DNA of 64,000 nucleotides from Candidatus Delongbacteria bacterium (GTDB lineage Bacteria; UBA4055): NCBI GenBank assembly GCA_003252515.1, contig QKDR01000125.1, positions 30,272 to 94,271 of the forward strand, read 5' to 3'. Shown piece by piece: positions 1 to 9,617 of this stretch (position 1 is its first letter; each line of letters starts with the position of its first letter). The notes under the pieces were generated by a model. It saw only the letters and a program-made list of their open reading frames with translations, ran no database searches and was not told where the DNA came from. The position numbers and the translations under genes were made by a program.

Positions 1-206
1 AATATGAAGAACTCGCCGAACTCACTGTAGAACCGAAGCCAGACATAATTATCAGAGTATTTATGGTCTTCAAAGGACTTGATAAGCTCGTCGAAATCAA
101 AGAACAGAAACTAGTTCCGAAGACAAGGAAAGGCTTTACTGTAGTTGAGTGGGGCGGGACTGAATTAAGAAAACGTAACCCTATACTGCCAACAAATAAT
201 GGTTAG
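1..206 (+). CDS. 3' end of an upstream ORF that runs off the window start. It reads open in frame 3 (translation ...KGFTVVEWGGTELRKRNPILPTNNG*). Function unknown.
   Basis: Frame 3 is open from position 3 to the TAG at 204-206. I recognise no motif. The region is AT-rich. Confidence 0.3.
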   Translation, partial: YEELAELTVEPKPDIIIRVFMVFKGLDKLVEIKEQKLVPKTRKGFTVVEWGGTELRKRNPILPTNNG

Positions 207-308
207 TAATGACTCTAAGAAAGCGCAAAACGACAAAATTATTTTACTTGCGAACTTATATTCTTTATACTATTTTACAATAACAAATTCTTTGATTCGG
301 GGGCACTA

Positions 309-761
309 ATGATATCTGCTTTAGATGTGGCCAAACTTTTTTTAAAGTGGGCATACAGGGATGGTGATGTAATCACCAATCTTAAAATGCAAAAATTACT
401 ATATTATGCTCAAGCTTGGCATCTTGTTTATTTCGATAAGCTATTGTTCGATGAAAATATTAAGGCTTGGGATTTTGGACCGGTTGTTCCTTCTGTTTAC
501 ACTGAATATAAAGAATTTGGAGCCAATCCTATTATTATAGATGTTGATAGTAGTCTTGAAGATTTATTCAATCAAGATACTTTAGAATTCCTAGAAGCTG
601 TATATGGGAATTATATCAAATATTCAGCGCATGATCTAGTAAATATTACACATAACGAAAGACCTTGGATTGAATCATATAAAGAAGGAGAATCCAATAC
701 AATAAATTGTGACTTAATAAAAGAATATTATACAAAACTTCTCAATGACACCCAAAAATAA
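309..761 (+). CDS. Panacea-domain (DUF4065, SocA/GepA-like) protein; putative antitoxin of a PanAT-type module.
   Basis: The translation contains the Panacea core motifs NLKMQKLLYYAQAWHL and AWDFGPVVPSVYTEYKEFG. The size (150 aa) is typical. The ORF overlaps the downstream ORF by 17 nt. Confidence 0.75.
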   Translation: MISALDVAKLFLKWAYRDGDVITNLKMQKLLYYAQAWHLVYFDKLLFDENIKAWDFGPVVPSVYTEYKEFGANPIIIDVDSSLEDLFNQDTLEFLEAVYGNYIKYSAHDLVNITHNERPWIESYKEGESNTINCDLIKEYYTKLLNDTQK

Positions 762-1197
762 GAAGTCTTATAACTTTCCTAAAGTCAAATTATCTCAAAG
801 CGAATCTTATACATTTCCTTTACAAAATGTGGGATTTTACGGGTTAAATCCATATTTTTCATTTAAAAAATACCATCATGATAACCCTGAGTTTAATTTC
901 AGTAATTTTAATACAGAAGAGATATGTATTTTTTTTGAGGAACTAAAGAACATGTCTGATTATAAATGGGAAGAAATTTTTAATCGTTTAAGAAGCTATT
1001 ATCACGCACACAAAGTAGACTGGAATTTCACAGCCTATGAAAAAGGTTTTAAACATGATGAATCCATTACAAACTATCCTGTCTATCAATTCAAAATTCA
1101 TAAACAATGGCGTGTATTCGGCTATTTTAATCATCATAATATTTTTAAGATTGTATGGGTTGACAAAAAACATTTAGTGTATCCATGGGACAGATAG
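745..1197 (+). CDS. Hypothetical 150-aa protein translationally coupled to the Panacea gene; putative toxin partner of unrecognised family.
   Basis: Its ATG lies inside the last codons of the upstream gene. It has no signal peptide. It carries an R-x5-H motif (RLRSYYH) and a beta-rich C-terminus (WRVFGYFNHHNIFKIVWVDKKHLVY) loosely reminiscent of RelE/ParE. Confidence 0.5.
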   Translation: MTPKNKKSYNFPKVKLSQSESYTFPLQNVGFYGLNPYFSFKKYHHDNPEFNFSNFNTEEICIFFEELKNMSDYKWEEIFNRLRSYYHAHKVDWNFTAYEKGFKHDESITNYPVYQFKIHKQWRVFGYFNHHNIFKIVWVDKKHLVYPWDR

Positions 1198-1234
1198 TTG
1201 CTTATTGGGTTAACTAGATGATTGGAGGATTGTA

Positions 1235-1693
1235 ATGGAATTAAGTAACTTTGCCAATATTGCTACAATCGTTGGTGCTTGCACTGCGGTCGGAGTTATT
1301 GTGTACACTGCATACCAAGTTCGCCAAAATACTCTTATAAGTCGGGGGCAATTCTGGTTAGAGCTTGAAAAAATGTTTACAGTTCATGATGAAGTTCATA
1401 TAAATCTTAGACCCGGCGGAAAATGGTCGAAGGATGGTTCAGGTCCTGAATCAGTTAATGATTGGGCAAAAGTGGAGGACTACATGGGGCTTTTTGAGCA
1501 CTGTGAAATAATGTTATCAAATAAGGTGATAGACTGGCAAACTTTCGGCGCTATATTTTCATATCGCCTTAACAATATCTTGTGGAATAAAAAAATAATT
1601 GAGGCCAAACTGGTTAATGAAAGATCTTCATGGGAAGGATTTCTTCGTTTATTGGAAAAACTCCAAATTTCAATTTCTGAATATGTTGACTAA
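1235..1693 (+). CDS. Hypothetical protein with a single N-terminal transmembrane helix and a ~125-aa soluble domain.
   Basis: A strong RBS (GGAGG) sits 7 nt upstream. The hydrophobic stretch is IATIVGACTAVGVIVYTAY. I recognise no family. Confidence 0.5.
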   Translation: MELSNFANIATIVGACTAVGVIVYTAYQVRQNTLISRGQFWLELEKMFTVHDEVHINLRPGGKWSKDGSGPESVNDWAKVEDYMGLFEHCEIMLSNKVIDWQTFGAIFSYRLNNILWNKKIIEAKLVNERSSWEGFLRLLEKLQISISEYVD

Positions 1694-2008
1694 CAAGAGG
1701 TTGCACAAGAATATGTGATCCGAGTTCGGCTCCTGTGAGTCTTTGCATTATTTCCCGTAATCAAAATTTCCGCTTGCATTTCAAAGATTCGCCGTTTACA
1801 TTTGTTATGTAATATAAAATCAAACAAGAGGTGTAGCTAAAGCTTAACAATGCTTCACGACATATTGCGACTTCTATATAAGTAGTTGCTTGAACTGAAT
1901 TGATCTTCCGGATAAACCACCAATTTTTATGTAAGACAGATTAATTTAAGTGAGAGCACCCGAGGCGGGGTGCGATCATTTATATCTTGTCTTACGGGCC
2001 GTGGTGGG

Positions 2009-2040
2009 CCTATCCGGTGGGATGTTAAATGTATTGCATC
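2009..2040 (+). terminator. Rho-independent terminator-like hairpin (GGGATG / 12-nt loop / CATCCC followed by a T-run).
   Basis: The stem is 2009-2014 paired with 2027-2032, followed by GTTTTTATTT. Confidence 0.4.
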
Positions 2041-2221
2041 CCGTTTTTATTTATAGAAGAAAATACAGGAGGACTATGAAAATGAAAAACTGTGATTGAA
2101 CAAAGAAAGAAAAAATAACAAACAAAGGAGGTAAGTTGGAAAAAATAATTATCTTGCGCAGGAATCAAAAAACATTTACATTAAAGCTAATAAAAATATT
2201 TTAAGTAATTGGAGGCATTAA

Positions 2222-5200
2222 ATGAAAAATAGTTTAGCGTTATTAATGTTTTTACTGCTGGCATTGTCAGGATTTGCGATGTCAAACGATTCTGCAGATG
2301 AACCGAAGTCTGATCAAGGTATTGGTATTCAGCAGGAAATAAAAACTGATAATAATAAAATCACAGAAGAGGAGCTTCATAACATTGCGGTGAATTACTA
2401 CAAGTACATTTTTGAAGAGGAACATGAATGGAAAGGGATTAGAGTTGATTCGACAAAATCTGTAATAAAAAATATTACTCCTTTAAAAGATGGGGATATT
2501 ACTCTTGCCTACATTGTAAATTATAACCCAAGAGGTTATGCTTTTATATCAGCTTACAAAAGTCTCTATGGTCCCATACATAGTACTGGTGGCGGTAATG
2601 ACACATATAAAAATGGAGTGGAAGAGGGCTTTCTTTCTATTCACGATAAGAGAATTCATCACCCTACACAATCAGGATACTACGAAAGATTGTCGCAGGC
2701 TTTGAAAGAAGGAAAAGTTCTTTCAGAAGAAAAAGATTTCAAGTCTTGGGAGAAATTCAACAAGCCCCCAAATGAATTCAATGAAAGGGCAAATTTTGAC
2801 AATCAGTATCCACCTCCTAAATGGTGGCTCGAAAAAAAAAAATTCTTGGAAAACGAATAAATCCGTAAAAAACACACTCGGTCTGTTACAAACAGAATGG
2901 AATCAAGATCCGCCATACAATAATTTTTGTCAATCCGGTACTGCCGCAGTCGGTTGTACCCCTCTTGCTATCGCTCAGTTAACTAAATTTTACAACTACC
3001 CTTCCGTAGGACTTGGAAATCTTTCAGGCAGCTCGTATGATTGGGCGAATATGCCAGCTTATGCAACGACTTCAAGTACTCAGATTGAACAGGATGCTGT
3101 TGCTCTAATTTGCGGCGATGCAGGGATAGCTACAAATGCCATTTATTACGGAATGGATTCCACAACCGCAAAATTCTCTTCAATATCCCCAGCGTTGACA
3201 TCGAAATTCAACTACACTGCACAGCTGAATTCAAGAGCGTCAAATTATGCTACACTGGCAATTTGGGCCGATTCTCTGAAAACAAGCATGACTAGAAATC
3301 AGCCTGTAATTTATGCGGGTATATATAAAGGTAACAACCATACTTGGATTATTGACGGTTACAGAAATACTGGAATTGACGAATTTCACTTCAATGAGGG
3401 TCAAACTGATACTACTGCAAATAGATATTATACAATCACAGATATCTTATCATCTGATGCCGCGGTATTTAATATCAAGCCTGACAAAAACGAAATGGCT
3501 TTGACTATTCCATACAAAGAGGATTTTGAGAATACTGAAGAATATCAGATTCCGAAGAACACAGGAGTATCAAGGGTAACGGATATTAATAATTCTGTTT
3601 ACAATCCGTTTTTTGTACTTGATATGACCAGTAAAGAATTATGGTCAACAAATTTAGTTGATCTGTCGGATTGGTTCGTGATAAAGAAGATCAATCTTGC
3701 TTGCGATTCCGTTCCTGTATTGAAATTTAAATACACTGTACATGAAAATAGCGGATTGTCACCGGATGACAGCCTAATTATTCAAGTTTCTGATAATAAC
3801 CGAGTTTCATGGTCAGATAAATTTATTTTAGATGCGTCAAACTACAATGAAGCTGAATATACTGGAACCCGAATCATCAGCCTCAATGAGTATAAAAATA
3901 ATATTGTAAACATTCGTTTTAAGTGCACTCATAAATTTTCTGATCCGTCTGTAAGATATGCTTTCGACAACATCGAAGTTGGTCTGCTTGAACTGTCATT
4001 TTCCGAGCTTACGAACTACATGACCCTTTCACCTAAGACCACACAGTCTGTCAAAGTATCGCCGTCTATCTATACTCCGCCAAAATCTAAAGGTTTTGAA
4101 GATTACGATATGATCATGGATTTTTATGTTAAGCTCGATGACGGTGAATCGGTTTATTCGCTTGCATATTCTGATTCTGTTCTTGAAAACGGAGTTTTTG
4201 AGTTTCCAAATCTGAACACCGATGATTACATCGGAAAAGATATTAAGGTAAGAGCTGTTGCAAGAACAAAAAGCAGTTCATTAACTCTTAAGAGCGCTGA
4301 AATCAGTTTGAAAATAAGCGGTCGTCAATGTCATGTTGATTTGCCTCTGCCTGCAACGGAATCATGGTTTGATTTTGAGACAAGACTTAATTTCGAACTT
4401 TCTATTCTTGCCGAGCCGTCATTTGCCGATAGCCTTGATAATGTTTACATTGGCTTTGATGTATACGATGACTACAATACCGAGACGAATGGATTTCCAA
4501 TTTCGATTTTTGAATGGTATTATCCAGAATACTTCGCGATTGATTCAACAGTATATTTCTGCGAATTCGAAAAAAATGCGAAATCAAAACCTGCAGAACG
4601 AAAAATAATTAATCCTGAGGTTCTGCAGAAAATAAAAGAAACAAAACCGTCAAAACGTTTCTTTCCGGTTAACGAAAATACGATTAAGAATATATCAAAA
4701 GATCTGACATCATATTTTGCTCTTTCTTACAGGTATCCTCAATCTTTAGATTTATGCCCCGGTACCTACACGGTCTCTATGATGGCAATTCGTAAAGATA
4801 TTTATGACAATTACGGTCTTATTTCAGAAATCGCGAAATCGGACTCGTCGCAGTTCATAATACCGCAATGGAAGATGAAGATGCGCAGGGATTACTGGTT
4901 CGCAAATACTATAGTTCCATACAAGCAGAATCTTGAGTATGAAGCAGGTAAGATCATGCAGATCATATTCTGGAGACCATGGCCGATGCCGCCATTCGAG
5001 CCACTTTATCTTGATATCGTTAGAGAGACAGATAGCACAGTTGTACAGAGCTATGAAGTTGATTTTAATTCAAAAGCAGCTTACGATCTTATTGAATGGA
5101 CGATTCCTTCAGAGACCGTACCGGGCTTTTATAATTTAAAAGCAAGTAACCTCGATTATTGGACTGATATAACTGTAAATCAGCAGATTGATCCTCAAGT

Positions 5201-6260
5201 CTGCCCCTTATATCTGAGTTGGGAGAATAGTGGTGACTGGCCTGCAAACTGGCCCGGCTCTGACAGTTGGGATTGGGAAATCCATGCCGGAGCCGCTTGG
5301 ACACCTGCTATGGGAGCTTACTCACTCGGTGCTAAATACAGTACTGAAGGCAATACTGGTGAGGTCTCAATAAATAAAACAATATCCATTGACAGTGAGT
5401 GGGAAAGCGTTCTTGAATTCGCAATCGGAGCAGAAAAAGAAGTTGGAACATTGAATTTTTATCCATTACTTGCGGATTACAGTATAGCCACGTCAAAAGA
5501 CGGTGCTAATTGGACAATAGAAAAGACAGCCACGCTTTCTGATTATACTTCGCTTTCATGGTCTTTGGAAGCCGGTCATTGTTTTGTAAAATTCTTTAAA
5601 CCGCTCGGGAATATATCAAGCCTTGGTGTAAAGTTCATTAAAGACGGAATTGTTACGACACCGCCTGATTCGCAGGTTACTCTTTTTGATGAAGTGAAAT
5701 CTGTTTTAACAAAAACACCTTTAAAAGCAGGTCCGACTGATCCAAGCGCTCAATATGCAGACGGAAATGTAAGTGTCAGCTGGAGCGGTCCGGCTAAAGA
5801 CAGTAAAGCACTAGACCAATATTATGTTTACAGGAACGGGATCAAGATCGGAGAGACAACAGCAGAATCTTATGTTGATTCAACAGTTTATGCCAACACT
5901 TTCTATAATTACGCTATAACGGCGCATTATGACGACGGCTCGACATATCCCGAATCTCCTATGAATGAGTGCTCTGTGAGCATATACACGGGATTATACT
6001 CGCCGTCAGGTCTTGTTATAGTTAATGAGAGTCCCAATATCAGGTTAACATGGTCACCAGTCTCCGGAGCATCAGAATACAAGGTATATTCTTCGGATGA
6101 TCCTTATGGTACTTTTGCTGAGGATACAACAGGCACATTTGGCGGTGAAGAGTGGACAGCCCCGATAAGCACAAGCAGGCTGTTTTATTATGTCATTGCC
6201 GTGAATGAGAGCATGAAAGAGAAGAAAATTATAAAGACTTCAGGCAGTCAAGTCAAGTAA
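2222..6260 (+). CDS. Giant secreted C10 (streptopain-like) cysteine peptidase family protein. It is interrupted by a frameshift inside an A11 tract at 2832-2842. The fragments are 2222..2860 (signal peptide plus pro-region) and 2772..6260 (catalytic domain, large middle region, FN3 domains).
   Basis: The N-terminal fragment has a signal peptide (MKNSLALLMFLLLALSGFA). The downstream ORF lacks one but carries the C10 catalytic-Cys motif QSGTAAVGCTPLAIAQLTKFYNYP and a His motif NNHTWIIDGY. Both frames read ...EKKK... across the A-tract. FN3-like repeats and the shared terminal domain are at the C-terminus. Confidence 0.6.
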
Positions 6261-6284
6261 GTTTATATTCTTAATTGGAAAAAT

Positions 6285-6321
6285 GGCGCGGCGAATAACA
6301 AATATTCGCCGCGTTTTTTTC
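6285..6321 (+). terminator. Rho-independent terminator after the C10 peptidase gene.
   Basis: A GCGGCGAATA..TATTCGCCGC hairpin followed by T8. Confidence 0.55.
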
Positions 6322-6610
6322 ATTTTACCATAATATTAAATAAAAACCCCCGGCAGATTACGCGCGGAGGTTCGAGGAGTAGTAGTTACGAAATAAAGTT
6401 AGCGGAAGTTTATTAGCTGTTAATTATATATCGTTTAGAATAAACTTATTTTTCTGTTTCATTCATAAATAATATACCGGACCAACAGGTCGTTTCGGAA
6501 ACGCCGCTAACATTTTCTTTACCAAGAATTAACGACTTTCTACATCTCTCTCAATACAGTTTTAACAGTGGAAACGGAAATTACATCCGAACCAAAAACG
6601 AGGAGAGTAA

Positions 6611-9592
6611 ATGAAAAGTAGTTACAAAACGAGAGCGGGGAAAAAGCTGATCTTTCTGCTGATGGCGGTAATTCTGCTGCCTCTGTATTCGCAAAGGTTT
6701 CAGCACGGCAGGATAAAAGGCAGAGTAACGGATGTTGAATCGAACGCTCCTGTAAGCGAAGTGAACGTATACCTGGAAGGCGGAGGACTGGATGTAAAAC
6801 TGGGATGCTCGACGAATGAAGAAGGCGAGTATTTCATCAATAACATTCCCGAAGGTGTTTATACCCTTATAGCTGACTGTCTCGGGTTTGAGAAAGTCGA
6901 GATTAAAGATTTTTCGGTATTCGGCGGTGAATACAAACATCAGGACATCGAGCTTCATCTTGCTGTTATGTATCTGGAGGATATCGGTGTTGAGGCCGAA
7001 GCAGAGAAGACTAGTAAGGAACTTCAGCTTACAAGAAGAATGGAGGAGGTCAAGCTCATAGACGCGATAAGCGCTGAGGAAATTTCAGCTTACGGATCAA
7101 GCGACGCGGCCGACGCAATGAAGCATGTTACGGGTGCGAGCGTAGAGAGCGGAAAATACGTTTTCGTGAGAGGTCTGGGGAACAGGTATTCTACAGTTCA
7201 TCTCAACGGAATCGAGCTCCCGTCTGCCGATCCTGATCAGAACTCGTTCCAGCTGGATCTTGTCTCATCAAGTGTAATGGAAGATATAGCCACTTCCAAA
7301 TCTTTCACCCCTGACAAACCCGGTAACTTCGCCGGCGGTCTTGTTGATATTTCAACAAAAAGTCTTACCGGGGATATGGTAAAGGTATCGGTATCGCAGG
7401 GATATAACCCGCAGACTACTTTCGGGGATTTTCTTACATATAAGGGCGGAGACACAGACTGGCTGGCATACGATGACGGTACCAGGGACATTCCGAACGC
7501 GCTCAAAGGTGTGGACCTTAAAGAGTTCGTAGCGCTTCCAATAATAAGCACGATCAACGACAGCATCAGACTGGCACAAACTGAAAAAGTAATGAAACTG
7601 GATTACTATTCCAGATCATTCAACAATATTATGGCTCCCGAACTGGGGACCGCGGGATCTAATCAGAGCTACGGTCTCAATTACGGCAAAAAGCTCAGGT
7701 TCGGCGGGGAGAGTTTCCTTGATATTATCTCTACTTTAAAATATTCCAGAAAATACGAATATTATGACGACGGGATCATCAACAATTATCTGCTTACCGG
7801 AAGCGGCACGACAGAACTTCAGAACGAACTTGAATTCAATGAAACTAAAGGCGAACAGAATATAGATATCAACGGGCTGCTGGGGTTGCAGTATTCCCTT
7901 ACTGACGACCATGAACTCCGTTTTAACACGATGTTCACACAAAGCGCGACCGACGAGGCAAGATTTATAACAGGGCACTATTACGACGGTAATATTCAGC
8001 CTGACGATGTTTACGAGACACGGGTACTCAAATGGTCGGAAAGACAGCTTCTTTCGAATCAGCTGCAGGGAAAGCACAAGTTCACTCATTTCTATGAGAC
8101 CGAAATCGAGTGGAACGGAACTTACAGCTACACGAATCAGAACGAACCGGATACAAGGTTCTTCAGCGACCACTACAGCGAAGAATACGATGTAGACGTT
8201 TACGAGGATCCCGATACAGGAGATCTGGTAGTGGACACTCTCGGAACTTATCTGAACTATATGATCATGCCGTCACTGTACAAGCAGCCTTCAAGATATT
8301 TCAGGGAAATGACTGAGGACAGCTACAACTTCGATCTTAAATTAACAATACCTTTCACCATGTATAAGAACGGAGATTCGAAATTCAAGACTGGCGCGTA
8401 TTATTCAACAAAAGAAAGAACATTCAGGGAAAGGATTTTCCAGATCACCAATCAGGAACAGCTCGCATATAATGATTATGAAGCCGATCCGCTGCTGTAT
8501 TTCTCGGACGGGATGGGCATAATAGATATACGTACCGCAGGTACGACGAACGTGAGATACACCTGGGGAAATTATGTCGTGGACGCAACTGAGAAAAGAT
8601 CGAATTACGACGGACATCAGGATATTACCGCATTTTTTGCTATGACGGAAGTACCGGTCATCGAGGATCTGATCCTGACTGCGGGAGCGAGATACGAGAT
8701 AACGGATATGGAAGCGGCAACGCAGGATTCGACGTATGAACAGGGTAAGATCAAAGAATCAGACATCCTCCCCGCCGCGATAGCGAATTACACTTTCCTT
8801 GACAGGTTTAAGGTGAAAGCATCGTACGGCAGGACTCTTGCAAGGCCGTCTATAAGAGAGCTTGCACCCTTCCCGTCGCTCGATTTCGCCGGCGGTTTCT
8901 TCTTCACGGGAAATCCCGAACTGAAAAGATCTCTGATCGACAATTACGACCTCAGGTTCGATTTCTACGAAAGGCCGGGCGAGCTGTATTCGGTCAGTTT
9001 CTACTATAAATATTTCAAGTATCCGATCGAGAAAGCGTTCATCAACGACAACAAGGAAACGCAGTTCCAGAATGTGGACGAAGCTCAGGTTAAAGGTATA
9101 GAGCTTGAAGTGAAAAAGGATCTCGACCAGATTCACCCTATGCTTAAGTACTTCTTCGTTTCATCGAATTTCTCGTATATAATATCTGAAGTTAAGATAC
9201 CCGAGGATGAGATGGCGGCTATTCTCGTCGCTGATCCCGATGCGGACGACACGAGACCTCTTCAGGGTCAGCCGGAGTATATCTTCAACTTTTATCTTCA
9301 GTTCAACAACAGGGACACCGGTACCAACGCCAGCGTCAATTACAATCTGACCGGCGAAAAACTTTCGGAGAACAGCAAGGGCGGAACACCCGACATTTAC
9401 GAACTGCCCAAACATTCTCTGGGTGCTTCTTTAAGCCAGAATTTCCGGAATAACTATAATATCAGTTTCAGCATAGACAACATACTCGACGCACCGACGG
9501 AAAAAGTGTATCACTATAAGGGAGAGGATTACATATTCTCGAAATACAGCACCGGACGCGAATTCTCTCTTTCACTGACATATACGATGTAA
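6611..9592 (+). CDS. TonB-dependent outer-membrane receptor (carboxypeptidase-regulatory-like N-domain plus plug plus beta-barrel).
   Basis: It has a signal peptide and an N-terminal CarbopepD-like segment (RIKGRVTDVESNAPVSEVNVYLEGG). The plug motif is VFVRGLGNRYSTVHLNGIELPSADPDQNS. It is ~990 aa with the C-terminal beta-barrel ending ...FSLSLTYTM. Confidence 0.8.
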   Translation: MKSSYKTRAGKKLIFLLMAVILLPLYSQRFQHGRIKGRVTDVESNAPVSEVNVYLEGGGLDVKLGCSTNEEGEYFINNIPEGVYTLIADCLGFEKVEIKDFSVFGGEYKHQDIELHLAVMYLEDIGVEAEAEKTSKELQLTRRMEEVKLIDAISAEEISAYGSSDAADAMKHVTGASVESGKYVFVRGLGNRYSTVHLNGIELPSADPDQNSFQLDLVSSSVMEDIATSKSFTPDKPGNFAGGLVDISTKSLTGDMVKVSVSQGYNPQTTFGDFLTYKGGDTDWLAYDDGTRDIPNALKGVDLKEFVALPIISTINDSIRLAQTEKVMKLDYYSRSFNNIMAPELGTAGSNQSYGLNYGKKLRFGGESFLDIISTLKYSRKYEYYDDGIINNYLLTGSGTTELQNELEFNETKGEQNIDINGLLGLQYSLTDDHELRFNTMFTQSATDEARFITGHYYDGNIQPDDVYETRVLKWSERQLLSNQLQGKHKFTHFYETEIEWNGTYSYTNQNEPDTRFFSDHYSEEYDVDVYEDPDTGDLVVDTLGTYLNYMIMPSLYKQPSRYFREMTEDSYNFDLKLTIPFTMYKNGDSKFKTGAYYSTKERTFRERIFQITNQEQLAYNDYEADPLLYFSDGMGIIDIRTAGTTNVRYTWGNYVVDATEKRSNYDGHQDITAFFAMTEVPVIEDLILTAGARYEITDMEAATQDSTYEQGKIKESDILPAAIANYTFLDRFKVKASYGRTLARPSIRELAPFPSLDFAGGFFFTGNPELKRSLIDNYDLRFDFYERPGELYSVSFYYKYFKYPIEKAFINDNKETQFQNVDEAQVKGIELEVKKDLDQIHPMLKYFFVSSNFSYIISEVKIPEDEMAAILVADPDADDTRPLQGQPEYIFNFYLQFNNRDTGTNASVNYNLTGEKLSENSKGGTPDIYELPKHSLGASLSQNFRNNYNISFSIDNILDAPTEKVYHYKGEDYIFSKYSTGREFSLSLTYTM

Positions 9593-9617
9593 AAACCCAA
9601 CTAACCAAGGAGGAAAA

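Noticed and set aside
6581-6958. 125-aa minus-strand ORF antisense to the start of the TonB-dependent receptor gene
   Set aside because: It is fully embedded antisense in a well-supported gene. This is typical of spurious antisense ORFs.
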